A DNA stretch of 64,000 bases from an uncultured bacterium (lineage in GTDB: Bacteria; Gemmatimonadota; Gemmatimonadetes; Gemmatimonadales; Gemmatimonadaceae). The position numbers were made by a program, and so were the translations under genes. Under the pieces are notes generated by a model. The model had not been told where the DNA came from. It saw only the letters and a list, made by a program, of their open reading frames with translations, and did not search any database. Location: NCBI GenBank assembly GCA_963978095.1, contig CAXBQP010000001.1, positions 105,076 to 169,075 on the forward strand, given 5' to 3'. Below, piece by piece: positions 10,070 to 21,406 of the stretch. Within the stretch, counting starts at the first letter, position 1, and each line of letters opens with the position of its first letter.

Positions 10070-11227
10070 ATGCTTAATGGCGTAAGCGTCAGCATTCCAA
10101 GCGCTGACCTGCCACTGACCTTGTCCGACCGCTGGCTGGCGTGGCGGGACCGGATTCAAGGCAGCGAGCGATTTCAGCGATGGGCCGCGTCGTTCCCCCT
10201 GACCCGCCCCATCGCGCTCGCCCGCTCGCGCGCCCTCTTCGATCTCACCGCTGGGTTCGTCTACACACAGACGCTCACCGCCTGCGTCCAGATCGGACTG
10301 TTCGAGTTCCTCGCGGAAAAGCCCCGGACCTTGGCCGAGGTGGCCAACCACGCCAGCCTCCCGCTTGAGGAGACGGGGCGTCTGCTGCGGGCCGCCATGG
10401 CCCTCAAGCTGGTCCAGGAGCGCTCGCATAAGCGATTCGGCAACGGCCCGCTGGGCGCGCCGATGATCGGGAACACGGCGCTCCACCGGATGATCGAACA
10501 CAACGCGCTCCTCTACAACGATCTGCGCAACCCGGTCGAGATGCTCCGGAGCGCCGGCCCGCGCAATCGGCTCGTGCTCGATGCCTTTCCCTACACGAGC
10601 GTTGCCAACCCCGAGACCTTCCAGCGCAGCGTCGTCGAAGAATACTCGCGGCTTATGGCCGACACCGTCGAGCCGATCGCGCGCGAACTCCTCGACACCT
10701 ACCCGCTGGACGGGGTCACCTCACTGCTCGACATCGGCGGAGGCGAAGGGTCCTTCTGCGCCGCGGTCGCCGCTCGGTACCTGGACATCAAACTCGGCCT
10801 CTTCGACCTCCCCGCCGTCATCGAGGGGGCCCGGCCTCGACTCGAGAAGCTGGGCGTCGAAGGTCGGGTCACCTGCCATGGCGGGAACTTTCACGCCGAT
10901 ACGCTTCCGCAAGGGCACCAGATCATCACCCTGCTGCGCGTGCTGCTGGACCACGACGACACCGCGGTCCTCAAGCTCTTGCAGAAGGTGCGTGGCGCGG
11001 TCGCGCGTGGGGGGCGAGTCCTGATCGTCGAGCCGTTCGCCGGCGTCCCCGGCGCCGAAGTGGTGGGTGACGTCTATTTCGGCTTCTACCTGCGGGCCAT
11101 GGGACGCGGGCGGGCGCGGACCATCGACGAACTCCGCACCCTGCTGTCCGCGGCTGGCTTCTCGTCGGTCCGGGTGGTGAAAACACGCTATCCCGTCTAC
11201 GCGGGCATGTTGGTGGCGGAGCCCTAG
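10070..11227 (+). CDS. crtF: Hydroxyneurosporene O-methyltransferase
   Basis: FQRWAA.FP.TR.IA...LFDL.AGFVY, LDIGGGEG SAM motif, YFGFYL.AMGRGR. Confidence 0.9.
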   Translation: MLNGVSVSIPSADLPLTLSDRWLAWRDRIQGSERFQRWAASFPLTRPIALARSRALFDLTAGFVYTQTLTACVQIGLFEFLAEKPRTLAEVANHASLPLEETGRLLRAAMALKLVQERSHKRFGNGPLGAPMIGNTALHRMIEHNALLYNDLRNPVEMLRSAGPRNRLVLDAFPYTSVANPETFQRSVVEEYSRLMADTVEPIARELLDTYPLDGVTSLLDIGGGEGSFCAAVAARYLDIKLGLFDLPAVIEGARPRLEKLGVEGRVTCHGGNFHADTLPQGHQIITLLRVLLDHDDTAVLKLLQKVRGAVARGGRVLIVEPFAGVPGAEVVGDVYFGFYLRAMGRGRARTIDELRTLLSAAGFSSVRVVKTRYPVYAGMLVAEP

Positions 11228-11298
11228 CCCCGCGCGACTCGCCACCCGCTGATCTCGGCTCTAGCACGCTCCACCAGAACGACGTAGTATTGAATGTC

Positions 11299-11342
11299 TG
11301 TCAGCTTTTTGAGACGATTTTTATTGTAAGCGTTTGTTTACA
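11299..11342 (+). promoter_or_regulatory. Tandem PpsR operators upstream of bchC, 8 bp apart
   Basis: TGT-N12-ACG 11299-11316 and TGT-N12-ACA 11325-11342 in an AT-rich patch. Confidence 0.85.
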
Positions 11343-11365
11343 TCGCTCGCCCATCCAGGAGTGCT

Positions 11366-12313
11366 TTGGAAGCTCTCGCCGTCGTTTTCGATCAACCCGA
11401 ACACCTGTCACTGCGTCGACTGCCCCTCACGGCAGCCGCGGAGACGGACGTGGTCGTGCAGGTCGATTACACGAGCATCAGCGCGGGCACGGAGCGCATG
11501 TTCTGGCGCGGGCGCATGCCCCCGTTCCCCGGCTTCGGGTACCCCCTCGTCCCAGGCTACGAGGCGGTCGGTCGCATCATCCAAGCGGGACCGCAGTCGG
11601 GACGCCACGAGGGCGAGTTGGTCTTCGTCCCGGGCTCCAGCGGCTTCGACGGGGTGCGCGGCCTCTTTGGCGCCGCCGCCTCGCGACTCGTCGTCCCGGG
11701 ACGTCGCGTCATTGCGATCGAAGATTCGCTCGGGGAGCGCGCCGTTTTGCTCGCGCTCGCCGCGACCGCGTACCACGGCTTGGCGGGCCCTGCCGCCAAA
11801 CGGCTTCCGGATCTCATCATCGGCCACGGCACCTTCGGTCGCCTCGCCGCGCGATTGTGTCGTGCCCTCGATCCGTCCATCAATCCGGTGGTGTGGGAGC
11901 GTGATCCGCGTCGTGCCGCGGGCGCCGACGGCTATCGCGTCATCAGCGCCGAACAGGATGAGCGGCGTGACTACGCCTGCATCTTCGAGGCCAGCGGAGA
12001 CGCCAGCCTCATGGAACCCATGATCGGCCGCCTGCGCCGAAACGGGGAGATCGTCCTCGCCGGCTTCTACTGCGATCCGATCACGTTCGGATTCCTGTCG
12101 GCCTTTCACAAAGAGATCGAGATGCGGATCACGGCCGAGTGGGGAGCGAACGACCTGCAAGCGGTCACCCAACTCCTCAAGGACGGCCGCCTCTCCTTCG
12201 AAGGGCTCATCACCCATCAGCGTGATGCGCAACAGGCCACCGAAGCGTACGGGATGGCCTTTGACGATCCGAACTGCATCAAGATGATCCTCGACTGGAG
12301 GCAGTCCGCGTGA
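11366..12313 (+). CDS. bchC: 2-desacetyl-2-hydroxyethyl bacteriochlorophyllide a dehydrogenase
   Basis: ISAGTE..FW.GRMPPFPG.GYPLVPGYE, LLALAATAYH; TTG start after AGGAG. Confidence 0.95.
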   Translation: MEALAVVFDQPEHLSLRRLPLTAAAETDVVVQVDYTSISAGTERMFWRGRMPPFPGFGYPLVPGYEAVGRIIQAGPQSGRHEGELVFVPGSSGFDGVRGLFGAAASRLVVPGRRVIAIEDSLGERAVLLALAATAYHGLAGPAAKRLPDLIIGHGTFGRLAARLCRALDPSINPVVWERDPRRAAGADGYRVISAEQDERRDYACIFEASGDASLMEPMIGRLRRNGEIVLAGFYCDPITFGFLSAFHKEIEMRITAEWGANDLQAVTQLLKDGRLSFEGLITHQRDAQQATEAYGMAFDDPNCIKMILDWRQSA

Positions 12314-13326
12314 GCCAGAAGAACCCCGCTGGACCGGAAGCGCTGGTGCAGCTCCACCGGAACATGCGCGCCGAAGCGGCGAGCGAGCCGCGGGCGGTCC
12401 ACACCTCGCCGGCAACGAAAGAAACACAGATCATCGCCATCTACGGAAAAGGCGGGATCGGCAAGAGCTTCACGCTCGCCAATCTCTCGTACATGATGGC
12501 GCAGCAGGGGAAGAAGGTCCTCCTCATCGGCTGCGATCCCAAGAGCGACACGACCTCGTTGCTCTTCGGCGGACGCGCCTGCCCCACGATCATCGAGACC
12601 TCGAGCAAGAAGAAACTCGCGGGTGAAGAAGTCTCGATCGGTGATGTCTGCTTCAAGCGCGACGGCGTGTTCGCCATGGAGCTCGGCGGCCCGGAAGTCG
12701 GACGCGGGTGTGGCGGACGCGGCATCATCCACGGCTTCGAACTGCTCGAGAAGCTGGGCTTCCACGAGTGGGGCTTCGACTACGTACTCCTCGACTTCCT
12801 GGGCGACGTCGTCTGCGGCGGATTCGGCTTGCCGATCGCGCGCGACATGTGCCAGAAGGTCATCGTCGTCGGATCCAACGACCTGCAGTCGCTGTACGTC
12901 GCGAACAACGTGTGCTCTGCGGTCGAATATTTCCGCAAGCTCGGTGGCAACGTCGGCGTGGCCGGCATGGTCATCAACAAGGACGACGGCACCGGCGAGG
13001 CGGCCGCCTTCGCCGAGAGGGTGGGCATCCCGGTGCTCAGCGCGATCCCGGCGCACGAGGACATCCGTCGCAAGAGCGCGAACTACGAGATCATCGGCAA
13101 GCCCGGAACGATGTGGGCGCCGGTGTTCGAGACGTTGGCGCGCAACGTCGCCGACGCCCCTCCGGTGCGCCCCAGACCGCTCGCCCAGGACGATCTGCTC
13201 GGACTCTTCGCCGGCGACGTCGTCGGGCGCCATGTCATTTTGACGCCGGCCACGACCTTCGACATGGTCGGGCGCAATGATGTCGCGAAGCCCACGCTCG
13301 AAGTCGTCTACGACGCGGCGGTCTGA
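12310..13326 (+). CDS. bchX: Chlorophyllide a reductase iron protein
   Basis: [35 protein letters not shown]. Confidence 0.97.
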   Translation: MSQKNPAGPEALVQLHRNMRAEAASEPRAVHTSPATKETQIIAIYGKGGIGKSFTLANLSYMMAQQGKKVLLIGCDPKSDTTSLLFGGRACPTIIETSSKKKLAGEEVSIGDVCFKRDGVFAMELGGPEVGRGCGGRGIIHGFELLEKLGFHEWGFDYVLLDFLGDVVCGGFGLPIARDMCQKVIVVGSNDLQSLYVANNVCSAVEYFRKLGGNVGVAGMVINKDDGTGEAAAFAERVGIPVLSAIPAHEDIRRKSANYEIIGKPGTMWAPVFETLARNVADAPPVRPRPLAQDDLLGLFAGDVVGRHVILTPATTFDMVGRNDVAKPTLEVVYDAAV

Positions 13327-13328
13327 AC

Positions 13329-14861
13329 GTGGCGTCCTCTTCCCTTCCCATTCTCGGTCAGGACCCGACACTCGCGGTCGGGACCGACGGCCGGGGGTGC
13401 CACGCCGGCGCCGCCGAGCTGCACGCGGCGGCGAAGGCCGCGGGGAAGAGTGACACACTGCACCAGTACGCCAAGGACTACCCCAAGGGGCCGCACGATC
13501 AGCCCCAATCGATGTGCCCGGCCTTCGGCTCCTTGCGGGTGGGACTCCGCATGCGGCGCACCGCGACCGTCCTCAGCGGATCGGCCTGCTGCGTGTACGG
13601 CCTGACCTTCACCTCGCATTTCTACGGGGCGCGACGCACCGTGGGATACGTCCCCTTCAACTCCGAGACTTTGGTCACCGGCAAGTTGTTCGAGGATATC
13701 CGCGAGGCGGTGTACAAGCTCGCCGACCCGGCGGACTACGACGCCATCGTGATCACGAACCTCTGCGTGCCGACCGCCAGCGGCGTACCGCTCCAGTTGC
13801 TCCCCAAGGAGATCAACGGCGTACGCATCATCGGCATCGACGTGCCGGGATTCGGCGTGCCGACGCACGCCGAGGCCAAGGACGTGCTGGCCGGCGCGAT
13901 GCTCAAGTACGCCAGAACGGAAGCGGAACTCGGTCCGGTCGCTGCGCCGCGCGGCGGCAAGTCCCAGAAGCCCACGATCACGCTCTTGGGTGAGATGTTC
14001 CCCGCGGACCCGGTCGGCATCGGCATGATGCTTGAACCGCTCGGGCTCGCGGCCGGCCCGGTCGTCCCGACGCGCGAGTGGCGTGAGCTGTATGCGGCCC
14101 TGGACTGCGCGGCGGTCGCCGCGATTCATCCGTTCTACGCCGCGAGTATTCGTGAGTTCCAGGGCGCGGGACGCCGCGTGGTGGGCTCTGCGCCGGTCGG
14201 ACACGAAGGCACGGATGCATGGTTGCAGTCGATCGGCAACGCCGCCGGGGTTCCCCAACGGCAGGTGGACGCCGCCCGGAATCGGTTCTTGCCCGCCATC
14301 AAAGCCGCCCTCACGGCGACGCCGATTCGCGGCCGCATCACGATGAGCGGCTACGAAGGCTCGGAGTTGTTGGTCGCGCGCCTCTTGGTGGAAAGTGGCG
14401 CCGACGTCCGCTACGTGGGCACCGCGACTCCACGCGCGGAGTGGAGCGACACGGATCGCGCGTGGCTCGAGGCGAACGGCGTGCATGTCCAGTTCCGGGC
14501 GTCGCTCGAGCAGGACCTCGCGGCGATGCACGAGTTTTCGCCCGACTTGGCGATCGGGACCACGCCGGTGGTGCAGGCCGCCAAAGAGCGCTCCATTCCT
14601 GCGCTCTACTTCACCAATCTCATCTCGGCACGTCCGCTGATGGGCCCGGCAGGCGCTGGCTCGCTGGCCACGGTCATTAACGCCGCGATGGCGAACAAGT
14701 CGCGATTCCAGGAGATGAAGGCGTTCTTCGGCGACGTCGGTGAAGGTGCGAGTGCCGGGATCTGGGAGGATGTGCCGACCCCTCACCCGGAGTTCCGCGA
14801 GCACTACAAGCGGCATCTCAGCAAGGCCGCCAAGAAGCGGAAAGCCGAGGAGATGGTCTGA
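13329..14861 (+). CDS. bchY: Chlorophyllide a reductase subunit Y
   Basis: [33 protein letters not shown]. Confidence 0.97.
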   Translation: MASSSLPILGQDPTLAVGTDGRGCHAGAAELHAAAKAAGKSDTLHQYAKDYPKGPHDQPQSMCPAFGSLRVGLRMRRTATVLSGSACCVYGLTFTSHFYGARRTVGYVPFNSETLVTGKLFEDIREAVYKLADPADYDAIVITNLCVPTASGVPLQLLPKEINGVRIIGIDVPGFGVPTHAEAKDVLAGAMLKYARTEAELGPVAAPRGGKSQKPTITLLGEMFPADPVGIGMMLEPLGLAAGPVVPTREWRELYAALDCAAVAAIHPFYAASIREFQGAGRRVVGSAPVGHEGTDAWLQSIGNAAGVPQRQVDAARNRFLPAIKAALTATPIRGRITMSGYEGSELLVARLLVESGADVRYVGTATPRAEWSDTDRAWLEANGVHVQFRASLEQDLAAMHEFSPDLAIGTTPVVQAAKERSIPALYFTNLISARPLMGPAGAGSLATVINAAMANKSRFQEMKAFFGDVGEGASAGIWEDVPTPHPEFREHYKRHLSKAAKKRKAEEMV

Positions 14862-14913
14862 TGTCGCATCGCCACGGACGCGCTCTCACCCACCTCATCA
14901 GCGGAGGTCCCGG

Positions 14914-16368
14914 ATGCTAGTCCTGGATCACGACCGCGCGGGTGGGTACTGGGGCGCCGTGTACGTCTTCACGGCCATCAAGGGGCTCCAGGTGGTGATC
15001 GACGGCCCCGTGGGCTGCGAGAACCTCCCGGTGACCTCGGTGTTGCACTACACCGACGGTCTGCCGCCCCATGAGTTGCCGATCGTCGTCACCGGTCTTG
15101 GCGAGGAACAGCTCGGCCGCGAAGGGACCGAAGGATCGATGAAGCGCGCCCACGCGGTACTCGACCCCGAGTTGCCGGCGGTCGTCGTCACCGGATCCAT
15201 CGCCGAAATGATCGGTGGCGGCGTGACGCCCGAGGGGACCAACATCCAGCGGTTCCTCCCGCGCACGATCGACGAAGACCAGTGGCAGTGTGCCAATCGG
15301 GCGATGTACTGGCTGTGGACCGAGTACGGCCTCAAGCGCGGCCAGGCGCCGGAGCGCGAGGCCAAGAAGCCGGGCGACAAGCCGCGGGTGAACATCATCG
15401 GCCCCGCGTACGGAACCTTCAACGTGCCCAGTGACCTGGCCGAGATCCGCCGCTTGGTCGAGGGGATCGGCGCCGAGGTCAATCTGGTCTTCCCGCTCAC
15501 CAGTCACTTGGCCGACGTGCCGAAGCTGGTGAACGCCGACGTGAACATCTGCATGTACCGCGAGTTCGGTCGCATGCTGTGTGAAGCGCTCGACCGTCCG
15601 TACCTGCAGGCGCCGATCGGCCTCCACAGCACGACCAAGTTCCTGCGCGCACTCGGCGAGTTGCTCGGTCTCGATCCGGAGCCGTTCATCGAGAAGGAGA
15701 AGCACACCACCATCAAACCGGTGTGGGACCTGTGGCGCTCGGTGACGCAGGACTTCTTCGGTACCGCCACGTTCGCCATCGTCGCGAACGAGACCTATGC
15801 CCGTGGCGTGCGGAACTTTCTCGAGGTGGAACTCGGACTCCCCTGCACCTTCAGCGTGTCACGAAAGCCCGGGCAGAAGACCGACAACGACGCGGTACGC
15901 ACGCTCGTGAAGGAGAAGCCGCCGCTGATCCTGTTCGGGTCGTACAATGAACGGATGTACCTGGCGGAAGCCGGCGGTCGCGGGATGTACATCCCGGCGT
16001 CGTTCCCTGGCGCGATCATCCGGCGCCATACCGGCACGCCGTTCATGGGCTACTCCGGCGCCACGTATCTGGTGCAGGAAGTGTGCAATGCGCTGTTCGA
16101 CGCGCTCTTCCACATCCTGCCGCTCGGCACCGAACTCGACAAGGTGGATGCGACGCCGTCGCGCCTGCACCGCGAGATGCCCTGGGCGGATGATGCGAAA
16201 GTGACGCTGGACGAGATGGTGGACGGGCAGCCGGTACTCATTCGCATTTCCGTCGCGAAGCGCCTGCGCGACGCGGCGGAGAGTGACGCGCGGGAACTCG
16301 GCGACACCGTCGTGACCCGCGATCATGTCCTGGCCTCACGGCGTGCGCTGGTGGGAACCAATGGCTGA
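14914..16368 (+). CDS. bchZ: Chlorophyllide a reductase subunit Z
   Basis: [26 protein letters not shown]-terminal PCP-red-like segment. Confidence 0.97.
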   Translation: MLVLDHDRAGGYWGAVYVFTAIKGLQVVIDGPVGCENLPVTSVLHYTDGLPPHELPIVVTGLGEEQLGREGTEGSMKRAHAVLDPELPAVVVTGSIAEMIGGGVTPEGTNIQRFLPRTIDEDQWQCANRAMYWLWTEYGLKRGQAPEREAKKPGDKPRVNIIGPAYGTFNVPSDLAEIRRLVEGIGAEVNLVFPLTSHLADVPKLVNADVNICMYREFGRMLCEALDRPYLQAPIGLHSTTKFLRALGELLGLDPEPFIEKEKHTTIKPVWDLWRSVTQDFFGTATFAIVANETYARGVRNFLEVELGLPCTFSVSRKPGQKTDNDAVRTLVKEKPPLILFGSYNERMYLAEAGGRGMYIPASFPGAIIRRHTGTPFMGYSGATYLVQEVCNALFDALFHILPLGTELDKVDATPSRLHREMPWADDAKVTLDEMVDGQPVLIRISVAKRLRDAAESDARELGDTVVTRDHVLASRRALVGTNG

Positions 16369-17241
16369 GCGTCCGCTCCGCGTCAACGCCTCCCGGACCG
16401 CCGTGACGGCGACCATCGGCAACTCCTCGTGCAGGAGATGCCCCGCGTCCGGCACGACCGTCAGCGCCGCGCTGGGGATCCGTGACACCGCGGTGCGAAT
16501 CGCCGCCAGCGGGATATATCCGTCCTGCGATCCGTGGAGCAGCGTGAGCGGAACGGCGAGCGTCGGCACGTCACGCAACAACGCCGGCAACTCGAAGTTC
16601 GCCATCATGACGAGTGCCGCGCGCACATGGGGCTCGGAGCGCATGAATCGCTCGTACCAGGAGAGCGCGATGGCATCCACCCGTGAACCCGTCGCTGTCA
16701 GCAGGATGCGTGCGATGCCGGGGACTCGCGCCAGCGACGTTGCCGTCCGGGCCGCCAGCGGCGACGTGATGAGCGGATTCACGATCGGTGCGGCGATCGT
16801 CAGGTACGATGCGTGCGGAGGCACGAGCGACGCACCGAAACCAACGAGCTCGCGCGCGCCGGGCAGCATCCCGTCGAGGGCCATGCGCAGCATGACCGCC
16901 GCACCAGCCGAATGGCCCGCGACAACCACTGGCTCGAGCTGCAGGGTATCGAGCAGCGCGCGCACGGCATGGACCATCCCCGGTAATGACAGCGCGTCCT
17001 CGCTCGCCACGGTGAAGCCGTGTCCCGGAAGATCCGGCGCCACCACCGTGGCCGACGGCGCGAGCGCCGGCAGCACCTGCCGCCAGGTATGGGTCGCGGC
17101 CGCGGTCCCGTGCAAGAGCAGGACGACAGGTCCCGTGCCCGTGATCTGGACGTGGAAATCGATGCCCGCCGCCCGGACGATGCGACTCGCGTCGACGTTC
17201 GGCAGGTCGGTGGGAATGGAAGCAGGGCGCGCGGTCGGCAT
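16336..17241 (-). CDS. bchO: Alpha/beta hydrolase BchO (putative Mg-chelatase accessory protein)
   Basis: [18 protein letters not shown] nucleophile elbow, GHLLHEE; located within the PGC. Confidence 0.8.
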   Translation of the reverse strand: MPTARPASIPTDLPNVDASRIVRAAGIDFHVQITGTGPVVLLLHGTAAATHTWRQVLPALAPSATVVAPDLPGHGFTVASEDALSLPGMVHAVRALLDTLQLEPVVVAGHSAGAAVMLRMALDGMLPGARELVGFGASLVPPHASYLTIAAPIVNPLITSPLAARTATSLARVPGIARILLTATGSRVDAIALSWYERFMRSEPHVRAALVMMANFELPALLRDVPTLAVPLTLLHGSQDGYIPLAAIRTAVSRIPSAALTVVPDAGHLLHEELPMVAVTAVREALTRSGRSAIGSHQRTP

Positions 17242-17391
17242 TGGAGGTCGCGTGTCGGGCGGGATGAGGAATAGTACACCGTCGTCGCGTTTCCGGGTGC
17301 AAGCGACGACGAACCATCGGCACCCCGGGAGTGTTGCACTCCCCCCTGTCCGCGAGGGCGCGTTCGCGGAATCACTTTGCTCGGAGGAGCT

Positions 17392-17526
17392 ATGTCGCAG
17401 AACAACGGTATGACGGAAGAGGACGCAAAAGCGTTCCACGGCTACTTCATCATGATGATGAGCGTGTTCGTGGGTACGGCGATTGCGGCGCATCTGCTGA
17501 TGTGGAGCTGGCGGCCCTGGTTCTGA
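17392..17526 (+). CDS. pufB: Light-harvesting antenna beta polypeptide (44 aa; not in ORF track)
   Basis: Manual translation MSQNNGMTEEDAKAFHGYFIMMMSVFVGTAIAAHLLMWSWRPWF; BChl His and WRPW; GGAGG RBS. Confidence 0.95.
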   Translation: MSQNNGMTEEDAKAFHGYFIMMMSVFVGTAIAAHLLMWSWRPWF

Positions 17527-17565
17527 TCGCCACTTCATCAATCACCTGAGACCTGAGGTTTCATT

Positions 17566-17730
17566 ATGCATCGAATTTGGGTTGGACTCGACCCGCGCGT
17601 GGTCCTGTCCTGCGTCGGATCATTCCTGACGATCACGGTTCTCGTGATGCACCTGTTTGCATTCAAGGCGCTGAACTGGCCGGGATCGATTTCGCAGAAG
17701 TATCCGGCTTACCACGCGCAGGCCAAGTAA
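17566..17730 (+). CDS. pufA: Light-harvesting alpha polypeptide, outer-ring (LHh) type (54 aa; not in ORF track)
   Basis: Manual translation MHRIWVGLDPRVVLSCVGSFLTITVLVMHLFAFKALNWPGSISQKYPAYHAQAK; DP, BChl His, NWP; GAGG RBS. Confidence 0.9.
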   Translation: MHRIWVGLDPRVVLSCVGSFLTITVLVMHLFAFKALNWPGSISQKYPAYHAQAK

Positions 17731-17747
17731 GCCGACCGTGACGCGAT

Positions 17748-17804
17748 GGAACTTGGAGAGAGTCTCGGGGGGTCCGAGACGGGCCACCCGGCCTCTCCGG
17801 TTCC
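17748..17804 (+). other. Intercistronic branched stem-loop between the two alpha genes
   Basis: GGAAC(TT)GGAGAG pairs with CTCTCCGGTTCC, enclosing a GTCTCGG/CCGAGAC hairpin. Confidence 0.6.
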
Positions 17805-17831
17805 TCCGCCAAACAATCAGAGGAGACAAGC

Positions 17832-18047
17832 ATGCATCGCATTTGGCTGGCCTTTGACCCGCGCAGGGTTCTGATCGCGCTGTTCGGGTTCCTCGGAGTG
17901 CTGGCGTTCCTGATCCACTTCATCCTGCTCAGCTCGAGCCGGTACTCGTGGATCGAGAATGGGACTCTCACGCCGGAGCAGCTCAAGCCGGCGGCGAGCG
18001 CTCCAGCAGCGACGGCCGAAATGGCCCCGTTGCCGCCCGGGCGGTAA
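17832..18047 (+). CDS. pufA: Light-harvesting LH1 alpha polypeptide (inner ring) with extended C-terminus
   Basis: [14 protein letters not shown]...[12 protein letters not shown]; Ala/Pro-rich tail; AGGAG RBS. Confidence 0.95.
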   Translation: MHRIWLAFDPRRVLIALFGFLGVLAFLIHFILLSSSRYSWIENGTLTPEQLKPAASAPAATAEMAPLPPGR

Positions 18048-18059
18048 GTGGTCGTATGT

Positions 18060-18117
18060 GACTGACGGAGGGACGGCGTACGTGGTGGTGCCGCCGTTCG
18101 CCTTCCCTCCGTCGGTC
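18060..18117 (+). other. Intercistronic stem-loop between pufA and pufL
   Basis: GACTGACGGAGGGA...TCCCTCCGTCGGTC long stem without a U-tract. Confidence 0.7.
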
Positions 18118-18173
18118 CCGCTCTACCTCCACCGCGCAGTGCAGGCGGGGATCCGACTTTCGGAGACTGACTC

Positions 18174-18998
18174 ATGGCAATGCTAAGTTTCGAGAAGAAG
18201 TACCGGGTACGCGGGGGCACGCTGATCGGAGGCGACCTGTTCGATTTCTGGTTCGGGCCGTTCTACGTCGGCTTCTTCGGCGTCACTGCCGTCTTCTTCA
18301 TCACACTTGGGACCCTACTCTGCGTCTATGCCGCCGCAATCGGCCCGACGTGGAACATCTGGCAGATCAACATCGCACCGCCCGACCTGAAATACGGTCT
18401 GGGGTTCGCGCCGCTCAAGGAGGGTGGGCTCTGGCAGCTCATCACCCTCTGCGCGACTGGCGCGTTCGTCAGCTGGGCGCTGCGGCAGGCGGAGATCGCG
18501 CGCAAGCTGGGCATGGGCATGCACATCCCGTGGGCCTACGGCGTCGCGGTATTCGCCTACGTCACACTTGTCATCATTCGTCCGGTTCTCCTGGGCGCGT
18601 GGGGACACGGGTTCCCGTACGGCATCTTCAGTCATCTCGACTGGGTGTCGAATGTCGGGTATCAGTATCTCCATTTCCATTACAACCCGGCTCACATGCT
18701 GGGCGTGACTTTCTTCTTCACCACGTGCCTCGCGCTCGCGATGCACGGGTCACTCATCCTGTCGGTGACCAACCCGCCGAAGGGTGAACCGGTGAAGACC
18801 AGTGAGCACGAAAACGTGTTCTTCCGCGACTTGGTCGGATACTCGATCGGCGCGATCGGCATCCACCGCCTCGGTCTCTTCCTGGCGCTGTCTGCCGGCA
18901 TCTGGAGCGCGATCTGCATCGTGATCTCCGGGCCGCTGTGGACCAAGGGATGGCCGGAATGGTGGTCCTGGTGGCTCAACCTTCCCATCTGGCGCTAA
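18174..18998 (+). CDS. pufL: Photosynthetic reaction centre L subunit
   Basis: [35 protein letters not shown]. Confidence 0.99.
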   Translation: MAMLSFEKKYRVRGGTLIGGDLFDFWFGPFYVGFFGVTAVFFITLGTLLCVYAAAIGPTWNIWQINIAPPDLKYGLGFAPLKEGGLWQLITLCATGAFVSWALRQAEIARKLGMGMHIPWAYGVAVFAYVTLVIIRPVLLGAWGHGFPYGIFSHLDWVSNVGYQYLHFHYNPAHMLGVTFFFTTCLALAMHGSLILSVTNPPKGEPVKTSEHENVFFRDLVGYSIGAIGIHRLGLFLALSAGIWSAICIVISGPLWTKGWPEWWSWWLNLPIWR

Positions 18999-19010
18999 GG
19001 GGACTGACCC

Positions 19011-20252
19011 ATGCTTGAATACCAGAACCTCTTTACCCGCGTCCAGGTTCGGACGGCGCCCGACCCGGGCTTGCCCATCGACGAAGGCCTTGGCATGCGC
19101 CTCGGCAAGGGCGGTTACGGCGTGCTCGGCTATTGGCTCGGCAAGCTCGGCGACGCCCAGCTTGGCCCGATCTATCTCGGCCTCGAAGGAGCCGCCTCGC
19201 TGTTCTTCGGCTTTCTTGCCATCGAGATCATCGGACTGAACATGTGGCGCTCCGTGGGGTGGAGCCCCGTCCAGTTCGTCCGCCAGCTGCCCTGGCTCGC
19301 CCTCGAGCCGCCATCGCCGGAGTACGGCCTGCATATTCCACCGCTCGACAAAGGCGGGTGGTATCTCATTGCCGGCTTCTTCCTGACCGCGGCCATCTTC
19401 TTGTGGTGGATGCGCACCTACAAGCGCGCCAAGGCCCTGAAGATGGGGATGCATCTCTGCTGGGCGTTCGGTTCGGCCATCTTCCTGTACATGGCCTTCT
19501 TCCTGCAGCCTGTCCTCGTCGGGTCGTACAGCGAGATGGTCCCATTCGGGCTCTTCCCCCATCTGGACTGGACGTCGGCCTTCTCGATCCGCTACGGGAA
19601 CCTGTATTACAATCCGTTTCACGCGCTGTCGATCGTCTTCCTGTATGGATCGGCGCTGCTGTGGGCGATGCACGGCGCCACCATTCTGGCGGTCAGTCGC
19701 TACGGCGGTGAACGCGAGATCGAGCAGATCACGGATCGTGGTACAGCCGCGGAGCGCTCACAGCTGTTCTGGCGCTGGTGCATGGGGTGGAACGCCACCA
19801 TGGAATCGATTCACCGTTGGGCGTGGTGGTTCGCCGTGCTGACCACCTTCACGGGAGGGATTGGCATCCTGCTGACGGGAACGGTCGTTGACAACTGGTA
19901 TCTCTGGGCCGTCAAGCATCATGTCGCACCCGAGTATCCCAAGCAGAACACGCTCAGTGCACAGGAACTCGAACGCCTCCGCGGACGGTACGCCGGACGC
20001 ATGAAGGGCGGGTATCCCAGCTACACTGTTCCGCAGACGGCGACCCCGATGGATGCACCGGCCGCACCAGGCACGCCGTCCGTCGTCGGCGCGCCGACCG
20101 CATCGCCGAACGCATCGCCGAGCATCGCGACACCAGCGGCAGCACCAGCCGCTGCGGCTCCTGCCGCGCAGTTGCCGGCATCGAAGCCTGCCGGCGGCGC
20201 TCCTGCTCCGAACCCCGCAGCGCCGGCGACACCGGCCGGGAGGAAGCCGTGA
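19011..20252 (+). CDS. pufM: Photosynthetic reaction centre M subunit with long C-terminal extension
   Basis: [37 protein letters not shown]; ~100 aa extra Pro/Ala-rich tail. Confidence 0.99.
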   Translation: MLEYQNLFTRVQVRTAPDPGLPIDEGLGMRLGKGGYGVLGYWLGKLGDAQLGPIYLGLEGAASLFFGFLAIEIIGLNMWRSVGWSPVQFVRQLPWLALEPPSPEYGLHIPPLDKGGWYLIAGFFLTAAIFLWWMRTYKRAKALKMGMHLCWAFGSAIFLYMAFFLQPVLVGSYSEMVPFGLFPHLDWTSAFSIRYGNLYYNPFHALSIVFLYGSALLWAMHGATILAVSRYGGEREIEQITDRGTAAERSQLFWRWCMGWNATMESIHRWAWWFAVLTTFTGGIGILLTGTVVDNWYLWAVKHHVAPEYPKQNTLSAQELERLRGRYAGRMKGGYPSYTVPQTATPMDAPAAPGTPSVVGAPTASPNASPSIATPAAAPAAAAPAAQLPASKPAGGAPAPNPAAPATPAGRKP

Positions 20253-21373
20253 TGAAGCGCTCGTTCCTGATGCCACTGCGCAACAGTGCGCTGCTGGTGG
20301 CCACCCTCGCACTCGGCGCGTGTCGGTTCATCGACAACCGTGAGACTTCCCAACGCGGATATCGCGGGACGGGCATGCAGGTGGTGTATCCCTACAAGGC
20401 GACGGCGCACGCGTTCCAGGCAACGCGGTTGCCCAGCGTGCCGCCACCAGCCGGCGAGTCCCCGCCGGGTCCGCTGCCGTGGAAGAACGTCCAGGTGCTC
20501 AACGACGTGAGCGTCGCGGAGTTCAACCGGACGATGATCTCCATGGCGGAATGGGTCGCCGGGCCTGGCAACTGCCAGTACTGCCACAACGTGGCCAACT
20601 TCGCCTCGGATACCGCGAACAACGGCAAACCGCTCTACACCAAGCTGGTGGCGCGTCGCATGTTGCAGATGACCCGCAACATCAACGGCAACTGGCAGGC
20701 CCACGTCGCGAACACCGGAGTCACCTGCTACACCTGTCACCGTGGGAAGCCGCTGCCGAACGGCCTGTGGTTCTACAGCAGCGAAACCCAGTACCTGCGG
20801 CATTATCTCGATTCCACGGGCGCACGCGTGGTCTCGCACCAGATCTCGCCGAGCAACGCCAACCGGTCGAGCGTCAAGCAAACCGAGTGGACGTACGCCC
20901 TGATGATCTCGCAGGCTCGCTCGCTTGGGGTGAACTGCACGTACTGCCACAACACGCGTCAGTTCGCCAGCTGGGAACAAGCCCCGCCGCAGCGCGTCAA
21001 GGCGTATGACGGCATTCAGATGTTGCGCGATGTCAATCGCAACTACTTGGCACCGTTGCAGCCGGTGTTTCCCGCGGTGCGGCTCGGTGCCAAGGGTGAT
21101 GCCCCCAAGGCCCAGTGCTTGACCTGTCACAACGGGGTCTACAAGCCCCTGTACGGGGCTCAGATGGTCAAGAACTACCCCGCGCTATGGGGACGTGACG
21201 CGTGGGCCGGGGTACCGTTCCCGGGCATCCACGGCCCGGCCAAACCGGACAGCGGCAAGAAGGTGGCCTCCGGGCAAACGACGGTCACGGGCCCCGTCAC
21301 CGTCCCCACTCCGATGGCGAAGGCGACGGCACCGGTCGCAAAGCCGACCCGGAGTGTACAGGAGCACCAGTAA
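20249..21373 (+). CDS. pufC: RC-bound tetraheme cytochrome c
   Basis: Lipobox LALGAC; four CxxCH motifs (CQYCH, CYTCH, CTYCH, CLTCH); QRGYRGTGM. Confidence 0.97.
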   Translation: MMKRSFLMPLRNSALLVATLALGACRFIDNRETSQRGYRGTGMQVVYPYKATAHAFQATRLPSVPPPAGESPPGPLPWKNVQVLNDVSVAEFNRTMISMAEWVAGPGNCQYCHNVANFASDTANNGKPLYTKLVARRMLQMTRNINGNWQAHVANTGVTCYTCHRGKPLPNGLWFYSSETQYLRHYLDSTGARVVSHQISPSNANRSSVKQTEWTYALMISQARSLGVNCTYCHNTRQFASWEQAPPQRVKAYDGIQMLRDVNRNYLAPLQPVFPAVRLGAKGDAPKAQCLTCHNGVYKPLYGAQMVKNYPALWGRDAWAGVPFPGIHGPAKPDSGKKVASGQTTVTGPVTVPTPMAKATAPVAKPTRSVQEHQ

Positions 21374-21406
21374 CAACTGATTCACGCGACACCTGCCTTG
21401 AGTCGG

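Noticed and set aside
12310..13326. NifH-like proteins (also 27068-27961) suggesting nitrogen fixation
   Set aside because: They are BchX and BchL, shown by their motifs and by adjacency to bchYZ and bchNB
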